NCBI RefSeq assembly: GCF_000143415.4
Contig: NW_003314277.1
Coordinates: 911,818 to 975,817 of the forward strand
From: Selaginella moellendorffii
Taxonomy: Eukaryota; Plantae; Lycopodiophyta
Reading direction: 5' to 3'
Length of the DNA: 64,000 nucleotides
The notes under the pieces were generated by a model. That model was not told the DNA's origin. It did not search any database and saw nothing but the letters and a program-made list of their open reading frames with translations. Numbering within the stretch: the first letter of the stretch is position 1; each line of letters opens with the position of its first letter. Shown here one piece after another: positions 50,167-61,818 of this stretch. Made by a program: the position numbers and the translations under genes.

Positions 50167-53100
50167 TCACGCCTCCTCTGATTCAGATTCGGATTGTTCA
50201 CCTTGAAATAAAATACATTAGAAACTTAGTAAAGGAATATTAATGAATCTCACCTTGAACCCGGGTTATGAATGCTCTTGCTGCATCTCTTGCATGGTCT
50301 GGCAAGGTGATGGTGGCACTCTGCTTCTGCATCCAACCATGCACAACATTATCCACCGATATGCTCATGCTGGGATCCTTTGGATTCAGCACCTATCTCT
50401 TTTCTAGGCAATCCTTTGTATATCTAGAACTTGGCTTGAACCACTCCACAGTTACATTGAAGGAGTTAGTTTCCGCGTCCTCCTCTGCATCAGTGATGCA
50501 GCACCCCACCCATATCATTTGTTTTTTATTACTGGGTCTGACAAGCACGACCATTCCTTTGCAGACCTGTACTGGATTGAATGCTGAATCCGGCTTCTTG
50601 TTCCTCGGCCCACAATAGTGATCCTCAACATCGTTATCTGTCACTGCATTTCCAGAGGACATTGTTCCGCTACTATCTGGTGCTCTAGGTTCTGGCCAAA
50701 AGGACTCTTCCAATTCTTCATATACAACCGGCCCATTTTGGATAGCAGATATAATCTTCTCCCAGTATTCGAGCAAAGGATTGCACCTCTGAAAATAGGA
50801 TTCTCCACCAAACACCAACCCCCTCTTCCAGAAGGCAATATGCTGTCTAATCCCGGCCACTATACTTTCCTGGTCTTTGAGTCCATCCGGGTGCATCGGC
50901 CGTGGGGAACCCTGAGGAATCATAAGTTCCCCAGTTATGGGATCTCTCTTGAAGAGTTCAATGCCGTCCACTGGCAGCCACACTGTGTCCCATTCTCTCA
51001 TCTTGTACCTCATCACTGGAGCACCGTCACACATGCTGAAATGAAACTGAAGAGGCTTGGAGTGGCCAATCAGCGTTTCGGATCCATCCCTGATGTAGCC
51101 TCTTACAAACCCCTTAAAGTCTGGAACCTCTGTCAGAAGTGCAGCTTCAACAGTGCCTTTGATGCAATTTTGGAATTCATCGTAGAGTTGTGGGAGGGTG
51201 AGGACATTGGATCGCCGGAGGGACTTTGCCAGGTGACTGAACATGGCATCGACGTCTTCATGAGTGTGCCCAACCATGAGAAAGCCAAGTGTAACCGTTT
51301 CAAATATGCCTTTGGCAACAAGCATCACCAAGTACGCAAAGACGTACATGCTTTTGTTCTCACTGCCAGCATTGTCTGTTTGGAGCAGAAGATGGGGTGG
51401 AAGGCCACATCGGCCGCAAGAACTTCCTTGAGATTCTGCTTCGTTTGGATGAGGCTGTGCATTCACTGGGCGACCAGCCTCGTCGGAATGGCATGAGGCC
51501 TTACGTGATAACCCTACAATCTGACAGCCAACATATTCACTGGGATGGCATGGGGCCCCACGCGATACTGCAAGCCTTTGCTCCTCCTCCAGCTGAACCC
51601 TGTATGGGGTTTGATCGACAAGGGCCTTATGCAAGGGTTGGCCGTTCAGCTCAGTCTGCGCACTTTGCAGAGACCTTAAGTGTTTTGCTAGGGACGCAAT
51701 CATCATGTTTGCACCCCCGCCACCCCATAGAGGTACAAAGAAGTTCCCATAGTTCTGGGCACCATGCCTATGAGCGATTATGCCAAACAGAGACACAGGC
51801 AGCTGCATGGATGAAGAGATTGCCTTGGGGGCAGGATTGAGTCGAGGTAAGCACGTCTTTTTTTGGTCCATTTTGTCGTGGATGATGCAGAGGTAAGAGT
51901 CAGGTCTCTCCATGGAGAGAATCCTGTTATGATAATATGCAATCCTGCAGCTTCTCTGCTCGATGTTGTGGTCGAGCCGCCTTCTAACCAACGTCTCTCG
52001 CTCTTGAGCGCTACAAGAATTCTTCGACAAAGCCATTTTGATAGCAGTGCACTCGTCACACTTTGAAAAGCTGGAGTACTTTCCTATACTCACATCCCTG
52101 AACCTGTTGCTCCACAATCTACTAAATCTAGATTGGCTCAGCTTCCTGTAGCCATTACTCTGGAGTTCCCGATTCACATCTTCCAATATGGCCCCCTTGG
52201 TATACATGGAAGGGAGAACTCGTTGGGTGTCTCGTGTTCCATCTTCCAAGAGGCGGGTTTTATATGGTTGCTGCTCGCTACATGTCTCGACAAACCTCTT
52301 GAAGATTGCCTCTCTATATACAACATGACCCCTGGTTTTGTGCGTACCATCGTTCCCATGGACTGCCTGTTGAACCCTTTGTTCCTAGAACTCAGTTTTG
52401 ATTCTGTAGAATGTGGTTTGAGGGACTCCATAAATGATTCTCCATGCTTTCATGCAGACCAAACCCCTCTGGAAGACCATGCCCCCCACCTGATGTTCTG
52501 AAGCATCAACAGATGACTGTAATGCCTCATACACAAAATTGCGAGCTGCCTTCCAGGACAATGTCTTGTATCTTGCTCTCTCCTCTTCAATAGCATCCCA
52601 ATCAGCATGTTGACAGCACCTCCTCTTGCAACAAGCAACTGTCGAGACCATTCGAACTTCCATCGCCATTTTCTGCCTTTTCGGTTCGTTGCTCAGATCC
52701 CTTTGGCTGCGCTTTAGGAAGGTGTACTTTCTTTTCCCATGAAGAGATGTTCTGTCATCAGTTGTAGTGGTGTTTGATTGTGAATCCTTCACATTCTCAA
52801 ACACTAAGTGCCTCAATTTCCACCGCACAATGCTTCCAATAGTCAGACTGTTTTCTTCTGTGTCAACAACCTCTAAAACCGCAACTCCAATATCATCCCA
52901 GCCCAATTCTTGATTAGCAACCGCATCTCTTGGATCGACAACTGTGGCTAAGCCCTCAGCTACCACCTCCCCCTCGGGGTTGTTTAGAAACACCTTTGCC
53001 TGAATCCATGTAGCATGGTTCTTAAGATCCACGGAGGGAACATGCGTCGCACTTGCGCTGTCCCCAACATCTGCTTTCTTCTGAAGATTTTTCAAGGCAA

Positions 53101-53308
53101 CAACAACATTTACCCCGACGACCATCTCTCCTCATTCAATAGCGACCACATTCCCATCGAAGACAGTCTCTACTGATACAGTAGCATTGCCTTCCCCAAG
53201 CCTTTGACAGTGTATAACAAAGTTCCGATCCATAGACACAAGGGTCCCTTTTGCAACTCTCTTCCTACCATTCAAAATGTAAACCTTTTCCCCAACCCTA
53301 AAGGCCAT
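50167..53308 (-). pseudogene. DDE/D transposase (DUF7869/Sola-like) with two N-terminal Tnp1/En-Spm-like beta domains, Cys clusters and a C-terminal BAH/SH3-like segment
   Basis: One frame from ATG 53308 to 50254 plus a last exon 50201-50167, interrupted only by stops at 53132, 52385 and 50393. Motifs: CCKRRCC..VC..AW..IYG; FSKCDEC; CIIHDKMDQKKT.LP; LLLQTDNAGSENK; FLMVGHTHEDVDAMFS. Confidence 0.85.
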
Positions 53309-53674
53309 TCTGAAAGTGCAGAAAAGAAGTTAAGACCATACAAAAAATGATTGGAGAATGGCCTAAATCATAACATACCAAACAACCTCAATAGCATGAG
53401 GCCACATGCCATTATTCAAACATGCTATTGACACCCACGTGAAATTTCGCATTCACAAAATTGGCATGAGGCCTCATGCCATCTTGATATACACACAGCT
53501 GCAGACAAGTAAAAACATACATGACAATACACTAGCCATGAAATTGCAAGGGCCCAAGATGGCATGTGGCCTCATGCCATTTCTAAATGTGGTCCTAAGC
53601 CATTCCATGGTGAACATACCAGGAAGCACAAGTGCCGAATATCAAGAGGAAGCGGTAGCCACACCAAAGACAGT

Positions 53675-53810
53675 GCCGCTCGCAACACCGCAACTACTCG
53701 TAGCGCCGCTCGCAACACCGCAACTGCTCGTAGCGCCGCTCGCACAAACTGCCACTCGCATAAATTGCCGCTCGCAATGGTGCTCGCAATGCCGCAACCG
53801 CTCGTAGACG
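53675..53810. repeat. 30-bp GC-rich tandem repeat near the 5' end of the transposase transcript
   Basis: GCCGCTCGCAACACCGCAACT.CTCGTAGC x2 plus degenerate GCCGCTCGCA units. Confidence 0.85.
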
Positions 53811-54170
53811 CATAAACCATAGCTCACAACGCCGCTTACACAAGCAGCGCTCACTGCGCTTAGCGGAACCAAGAACACGGCGCACAAAAATGATAGACCT
53901 AGGAATGAGTTCGAGAATTCAAAAATAACACACGCTTGAACGTCATATCAAATCCTCTGACAAACCAAATCTTATGATTCCTCTGACAAATTTCAAACTG
54001 AGTAGCTTCTAGACTTTGCTGTCGGAGGTTTAACTTTGTCACATCATGTCCTTGCCTCGATCCAGCTGTGCCATGTCAGTGATTCGAACTTTGCCATGCC
54101 ATGTTAGCGATCCGCGCCAAGATTATTCGCCGTGTAAAGGAATAATTATGCTGTGTGTGTATGTCCATTT

Positions 54171-55530
54171 ATGGCAATATAAGGCCACACGCCATTCAAA
54201 GAATAATGTTAGTTGAGCATTTTTTGGTGCATTTTTGGGTTCAAAATTGCATGAGCCCACACGCTATAAAGTTTACCTGTACCAAAAATAGAAACAGCTT
54301 TATTTACTTGGGAATTTAAGTGGTTGAGGCATTTTTAAACTTACAAACACATGCCCTACTTACATTCCTTTGGTTGCTTAAAATTCAAAAATATTATAAA
54401 CCTTTCTTTTTGCATTTTCAATGTTTTCAATTATGGTTTTTGATTTTCGCAGGACCAGCCTAGTAATCTATTTGCATCCCGTCATGTTTATAGCTAGCTT
54501 TCGTTTGTCCCCTTCGCTAGCCTGAGATACATCTGCTCGGCATCTGCCTCTTACAGCATTTGCCCAGAAAGGGCATCTTTCTTCACGCAGCATTTGCCAC
54601 ATGTTTAGGGTTTAGGGTTTAGGGTTTAGCAATTCAGTAGCTTGATAAACATGCAAATACAGAACTTGATGCAAAATCCTTTGATATGTCACAATGCCCC
54701 TAGGACCATAAACACATTTTAATAGAGAGGGTCCTTTCATTTCATAACTCCTTACATAGATCTTGGTGAAACCAGAGTTAGTGAAGTTAGTTTCTTGTGA
54801 TCCCGTATCTGATTGTGATGTCCCTTTGCAGTGTTGATGGAAAGGTCAATGCACACCAAACTGTAGAATCTTGGAGCAAAATAACGGTCGGATCTATGGC
54901 AAATGCCCGTGAAACATTGTAAGGCTCGTGTGGTCTCATGTGGTGTCCGATCGAGATGCTTCTTTGCAGGGTCATCAAGAAGGGCATTGTATACCATTCT
55001 GTAAAATCTAGTTGCAATCTAACGGTTGGATCTCCAGGAAACTCAAAAAAATCTCGCACGTGTCAGAATATCCTAGGAATATACTCCTATGTGCCCCTGA
55101 AAATGGCATGTGGCCCTACGCCATTCAAGAGATAACGCCAGATGACGCCGAGAATTTTTTGGTGCATTTTTTGGGTTCAAAATTGCATGAGCCCACATGC
55201 TATAAAGTTTATCCTTGCCAAATAGAGAAAAGTTTATCTGTGTCATGTGAGGTAGTTATAGTCCTTTGTGCTCGGCATCTGCCTCTTGCAGCATTTGCAC
55301 TGAAAGGGAATTTTTCTCCATTCAGCATTTGGCCCTGAAAATGGCATGTGCCCACACGCCATTCAAGGAATAACGCCACAGGACGCCTGGATTTTTGGGT
55401 TTAAAATGTTTAGGGTTTTTTGGGTTTTTTCAAAATATTTTGGGTCCAACGTTTTTTGGGTTTCTTTGGTTCAAAATTGCATGAGCCCACACGCTATAAT
55501 ATTGATTTGAGAGAAAAATAGAAACAGATA
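54171..55530. repeat. Three ~130-190-bp palindrome-bearing repeat units in the intergenic region of the element
   Basis: Unit ATGGC..GCCATTCAA.GAATAAC..TTTTTGGGTTCAAAATTGCATGAGCCCACAyGCTATAA at ~54171, ~55103 and ~55341. GCTCGGCATCTGCCTCTT.CAGCATTTGC is also duplicated (54536 and 55270). Confidence 0.85.
54604..54629. repeat. Short interstitial plant telomere repeat (TTTAGGG)3.7
   Basis: TTTAGGGTTTAGGGTTTAGGGTTTAG. Confidence 0.85.
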
Positions 55531-56217
55531 GAATTTCTTTATTTAGCTGAACATCTGCCATTTTTGGAAATACAAGATGCTTTGGAATATCCAATCATGC
55601 ATGGTATAAATATAGCGAGGGTATTAAATGATATCCCAATCATGATCTTTCTTTTGGATTTCGCGTGCATGCAGTCCGAGGAATGATGACGTTGCGGATT
55701 TCTTTTGGATTTTGCATGCTTGCATGCGCGCGGCAATCCAGAAATTAATGGTGGCGCCCAAGTCCGAGGAATGATGACGTGGCGGGATTACCAACCGTCG
55801 TGACATTTCGCGCGTGTGAGGTTAGGTTTTGCATTTTGCTTCGTACTCGCGCTTGCGCTCGCATCACACTCGCGCTCGCATCGCGCTCCCACTCGCGATC
55901 ATGCTGAGCCTCACATTCGCGCTCATCTACCTTCTCTACAAGTTTCTCGTGTGCATCGGCGTCCACTCGCGCTTGCATCACACTCGCGCTCGTGTGCATC
56001 GGCGTCCACTTCAAGACACACCCAGTTTGTAACTTCGCCGCCAACTCCGCCGCCCACTCCGCCACCCACACGCAGCCCACTTGGCGTCCCGGGAGATTTC
56101 AGCGCCACTCTGCAACTGTAAGTGGCAGAGTAGCCTTGCTGCTACGATCCGCTGCACACACAGTGCACATTCGCCAGCGAGTCCGGCCTCGATTGTCACA
56201 CCTCCATTCGGCTTCAA

Positions 56218-59200
56218 ATGGTAAGTCTTTTAGGCCAAGTAGAAAATGGCATGAGGCCACATGCCATTCAGTAGCAACATTGGCATGCACCGATTGGGCT
56301 CTCGAGTGCAGTCCGGTTACAGATGGCATGTAGCCTCACGCCATCTTAGGATGCAGCCTCAAGACATCTGATGTAGTGGTGAATGGCGTGTGGCCTCACG
56401 TTATTTCCAGCTGCTAGCTTTTCATCTGTCAGCTCTAATTGTTGTGCATTTCTGAATAGGCGAGGAATTGCGTTCTTCTTCCAGCCACTGTCAATGTGGA
56501 TGTAGAGAAGGGGGAGGAGCTCACCAGTTGGACTTTCGGGATGGAAGGCGAGGATCTGAGGCTGTACAACACAGATGGTGGGAGAAAAGAATGCATGGGG
56601 ATCCTCATCCAAGTGACAGACACTCCATGCAGTTCCATGCAAGAATATGGACTGGCACTTGTGGTAGAGACAGCGTCTGCCTTCAAGATCCACCTTGCAC
56701 ATCCTAGCGGCTTCCCGGAGGGGGGCAGCGGCTATGAGGAATTCCTAGAGGGAGCTAGGGAGAGGTTGTCCAGGAGGCCCACAATTTCAAAGATGCTGCG
56801 GGTCTATGAAGATCACATGGAATCCACGGACCTCACCTACGGCAATGTTCAAAAACTATATTCCAACATTGAGCCGTTGAGAGTGCCTCCAGTTTGCGAA
56901 GCGAAGGGGAAGGGGGTCGATCTAGAAACTACCTTGAAGCAGAAAAGGGTGGTCAAGCTCAAGCCGACGTCCGACTCTCCTGGTCCAAAAAAGAAGCTAC
57001 TCGGTGATGCCATTGCCTCGGGTTCGAACACTACACCCACCAAAAAGAAGAGCCGCAAAGAGCAGAAAGAGCAAGAAGAGGCAGCAAAAATCGTCGCAGA
57101 TAATAGTACTTGTTACTATTCCAACAAAGTATATACAATCGACGTGAGCCGTATCGACATCCAAAGCAAATACAACCACAGGCTAGTATCTGATGAGTGG
57201 GTGGAGAAACTGAAGCAGAAGATGCTGGCAAGTCCAGTAACACCCGACATCGCAGATGTGATCCCCTACTACCGAACAATGAAGGGCGAGACGAGGTTTC
57301 CAGACTTGATCAATAGGAAGGTGTTGGACGATCAGAACATCTGGTTCTATGCCGTCTCCGGGCAGCATTCTAGCTTGGCGATGCAAGAGATAGTTGTGGA
57401 TATTATGGTGGGCGAGGAGGTGAAGAAAGTCTTCAAGACAAGAGTTGTCCGCCTGATAAAAGGCAACTCGCCCCTCCGATCTATCATATCCATCTCCCAC
57501 GCGCAGAATGTCAAGCAAGAAACGTGCTACAAATCGGGTCTGCACGAGACATTGGCACGAACACGGAAGCTTTGGGTTCAACTGAAGAAGCCACAAAAAC
57601 CAGGACAAGGACGTGCACTAGCAACTAGCGCCTGGCAGGTAAGCCTCGTTGCATGTGGCATAGCATATGGCCTCACGCCATTTCCATTGCAGGAATTCTC
57701 GAGTCTTCTCTCGAAAACACTGGGGGTTAATGACACACTCAGCATCCATAACATTCTACTCGCGACAAAAGTTATTTTTGACAAATAGGTAGATTTGCTG
57801 AGGAGGTACCATGACGGGGAGTTGCTAAACTCAATGGGTGTGGAGGACGGCCGGAAGCCCAATGATTTGAAGCTCAACGCCTTGCGTTTCTCGCGGTCTC
57901 TAGACGACGACGACGACCTTCTGACAGTGGCTAATGCTCTTCTACGTGGTGAGGTAGTCTTCAACAAGACCAAAATGACTCCCGGCCATATTGTGACATA
58001 CGAGGATTTGTGCACGACTCTGAGAGCTCGTGCGCTATTGAAGGATTGGATCTTCGAGCAAGTGGCCGTGGAGAGGGTGAGCATCGACACCACGCAAGAG
58101 ATGATGGAAGAGCTGGAGTTGTCAAATGAAGACATCGACGAGTACGTGAAGGGGGCCCCCAAGTTCATCGATCTGCTGCGGGATGCCACGAAAAGTAAAG
58201 CTGAGAAGTTGGATCAGTATCCAAATTTCATTAAGAGGGATGTCGACTGCCGGCTTCAAAAACAACTCGACCCCGCAGCAGAGGCCTATCGAGAACCTTA
58301 CCGGGTATACGTGAATTCGGATGAGGATCAAAGGTGGAGGAGCATCGTTTCCCGCGGAGATGAGCAGGTCAAGAACATCTTTTGTGTGATGGACTTCACA
58401 AACGAGGAGATCACTCATGCAGACGAAGTCAGCCCCATCATTGACTTAATGGTGGGACTTGCGGAGGTGGAATCTTCAGTCCACTATATGATCTACGACT
58501 CCGAATCCTATCACAAGTTCTGGAAGGCCTTGAACGAGGTGAAGGCTCGGTTGAAAGGCAAGGAGATGCAGGAGATCCATGGGATAATGGCTAAGAAGAA
58601 GATACCGACGAATGTCCGCATCTTCACACTCGCCCTTGTTATTGGTCCTGCAGCAGAGTGGGACTGGAATGACTTCCCAGCTTCGTTCGACAAGGCCGAT
58701 CGAATTGATTTGAGGGAGGTCAATTTACCCGTGCCTGAGGAACTGAAGACGGCTATGGAGCTTTCGAATCCAGAGAAAGCTCCAGGTGCAGCATGGGAAA
58801 TGCTCAGCTGGGTCTTCAACGCAATAGCGGGTGGGTCACCTGCTTCCGACTCCAAGGGCAAATGCGTTGTCGAGTACAACTGCGGCGGACTATTCTTTCG
58901 AGCCGCACTACTCAAGGGTGTCCCGTGTGTTGCGGTGACAAACTCCATTGAAGAGGTGACTTCAATGGAGCATATAATTACAGTTGCCAAAGAAAAACAG
59001 TATCTTCTCTGCGAACCTGGTGAGTACGCACTTTAAGTTTAAATGTTCTCTCACAAGCTCTATATGCAGGAGCGTGGCCACCCCCAGATGCTGAAACGGC
59101 GTTAACAGCTACTGTTGAAGATACCCATGTTGGGCCGAGCTCACAACCTGCACAAGGTAAGGTCACGTGAGGCCTCACGCCATTTTGATTATAGATCGTT

Positions 59201-61818
59201 GTGAATATTCAGACACGAGGACTGAAAAGCGCACTGGTGGCGCGTCGAAGAAGGACAAACAGACAAGCAATAGGAAAAAAGGAGGTACAAATTATATTTG
59301 CAATGGCATGTGGTTTCATGCCATTCCTTGCAAGAGACACTTCTTCAAAGGCAAAATAGGCAAGCACCAGCCAAGCTCAAACTGACAGTGGTCATAAAAA
59401 GCAAAAGCACATTGGACAATCGTCGGGATTAGAGGCGTTTGATTCGAAAAGGAAGAAGGGCAACGAAAAGATGATAGGTAATGCCTCGCGGTTATGGTGT
59501 ATGTGCGAAAGCAGCCAGTCACCACCTCCTGACTCAGATTCCTATGGTGGACTCCCCTTCCCCAATCTCAATGGAGAGGTACAATGGATGAGGGATGCTT
59601 TTCAAGTCAGGGCCATGTTTTTCTCATCTCGTCGTCTTCGAAGGGTGCAAGAACGTGTAGAAACCATGTTAAGACAGTCGGGTGAGGATACGGTCCTAGG
59701 TCACGCACTAAAACAGGCTATGGATGTCTTGTATTTTGAGATGGAGACTCGGCTAGATGATTTTCCCAAGATGGTCCTGGAAGAACAAGCCATCCAGCCT
59801 GAGCAGCCTATGGAAGAAATGCAGGAGGGGGATGAGGAGCCAGAGAAAGATAATGAGTAGGAAGAGCAGAAGGACGAAGAGGAGGACAAAGAAGAGGAGG
59901 ACGAAGAAGAGGAGGACAAAGAGGACTTGGATGGTCCTCACAATGGTGACGATCACAATAACGACGACGACGATGATGACGACAATGGCCAGCCTGAGGT
60001 GGCCAAAGAGCAGCAGAGGAAGGTCATACAAGACAAACCATCAGGTAAATAATAGTACATCCATTCCTAACCTTTTACCATTTCTAACATTGTCCATGTA
60101 GGTCGCAGAGCAAATGGTAAGTAGAGATTATTCAGTTGAATTAAGATACAAACTCTAGCCTTTAGTGTCGAGGAAGGATAGTGCCAAGCAAGGGTCGAAA
60201 CGTATGTCCAATCCTTCAGAATCAGCAGTGCGCCCAAGTGATATCGGTCCTAGTTCCTCAATAGCAGTTGATGGTAAATACAGTATAGTCGATTCAATGT
60301 GCTAATGAGTTTGTTTTTAGTAGCCAGTAGGGAGGATACCATCTCAATCGAAAGGAGATATTTGGACATGCATATGGATCCGCCAGTGGACTCTACTTGC
60401 CTGCAAGAGTCATCAGAGCTGGTGGAGGCTACTATCCATATCAACGCCAAGCAAGCTGACCACGCTCCACTTGATGCTGCCCATACCACTGAGTCAATCT
60501 TGTCCACGTATCCAACTGACGGTGACCAGGCACCATTGGACCCGCATGAGGCCGCCCCAGCTACCGAGCCGGTCGTATCCTCATTTCCAACGAACTCAAC
60601 GTGTGCCCAATCGTCTGACTACGTGCCGTTGGAACCTCCCTACACCGCCCCTGCTGCCTGTTCGGTCATGTCCACTTTGCCAACAGAGGCACCAGCTGAA
60701 ATGGCGTGTGATCACACGCCATCGGAACCACCCCATGCCACTGTTGAGCCAGTTGTACCAGAGTCTACAGCTGAAATGGCATGTGCCTACACGCTATCGG
60801 ATGCGATTGACCCCACATTGCAGAGGAGAGTATTTCCGCCCTTCACGTTTCCTCGACCAAAACCCTCTCAACGACCATCGGGTGCACCATTCGCTAATAT
60901 TGTAGATGGTAAAATTGACTTGTACCATTTTTTATGCTGACGCATTTCATTTCAGAGTCACGGCGAAGGTACTGTATCGTTTTTGATCTGAACGGTGTCC
61001 TTTTCTCCCATGAGCGTGGCTCGTCCTCGAATGTCACTGCACCCTCCAAAGCCTGCGGTCGCAAGTTGGTCAAAAGAGACAGATTCACATTAATCACACG
61101 GGAGAAACTGCGGGATCTAATAATGACCATGCGACACTTAAAACAGAGGGCCGGGTTCAATTTGCAATTGGGAGTTTGGACATCCATGATGCGCCATAAT
61201 GCATTAACGTTGCTATAGATGATGCACGATCAGACGCGAGTAATATTACCATTTGACTTTCTCCTAACGCAGGAGGATTGCTTGACTATGGTCCATGTGA
61301 GGGGTAGCAAGCCCATCTTCGTCAAGCCAGAGGCTGTAGTGATGAACCGGACTGCTAGGTCAAGTGAAATCCTTATCATCGATGACTCGCCGATTAAAAC
61401 TGCAGCAAACACGCACACATATGTAGTGCACCTCATCTCTTGCAGTATGGAAACTAGGGAGAAGAAACCGTATGTTCTTGGGGACCTTGCAAAACGGCTT
61501 GGAGCGATGGTGATAGAGAACCAGCCAGTTCAGGAGGTGGCTGCAGAAATCAACCAAATGGCAGATGGAACGGTATATCAGAAGCCATTTGATCGGACAG
61601 ACACCAGTCATCATTTATGGCATGTATATTGTCTAGCCAAGCACTATCCGCATCTCCATAATCTGCTCAACCGGATGGGTTCTTCGACCACTGAACATGA
61701 GCGTGGACATATTAGAGAAGGGATGGCATTACTATTGGGTTTAAATCCTGATAGTGTGAAGAGTGATGAAATTCCAAGATTATTGTATAGGCGTTGGAGG
61801 CAAAAAATAACAGTCTGA
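56218..61818 (+). pseudogene. Large spliced accessory gene: ParB/Srx-like domain + degenerate beta-class N4/N6-methyltransferase-like domain + acidic/Pro-rich linker + FCP1/HAD phosphatase-like domain
   Basis: ATG 56218, intron 56221-56459, then MARNCVLLP.. Frame-preserving GT-AG introns at 57639-57692, ~59020-59069, ~59157-59212, ~59285-59336, ~60045-60101, ~60117-60165, ~60273-60319 and 60909-60955. Motifs: RLVSDEWVEKLK..FYAVSGQHS..A..ISHAQN; EK.P..WEML..GKCVVEYNCGG..AALLKG..VAV; IVFDLNGVL..GVWTS..ILIIDDSPIK. In-frame TAG stops at 57786, 59357, 59858 and 61216. Confidence 0.72.

Noticed and set aside
56315-56410. 32-35-nt 'micro-introns' (introner-like) consisting of GT + palindrome + AG
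   Set aside because: A single 239-nt intron (56221-56459) explains the frame more simply, and the intervening pieces give no convincing coding sequence.
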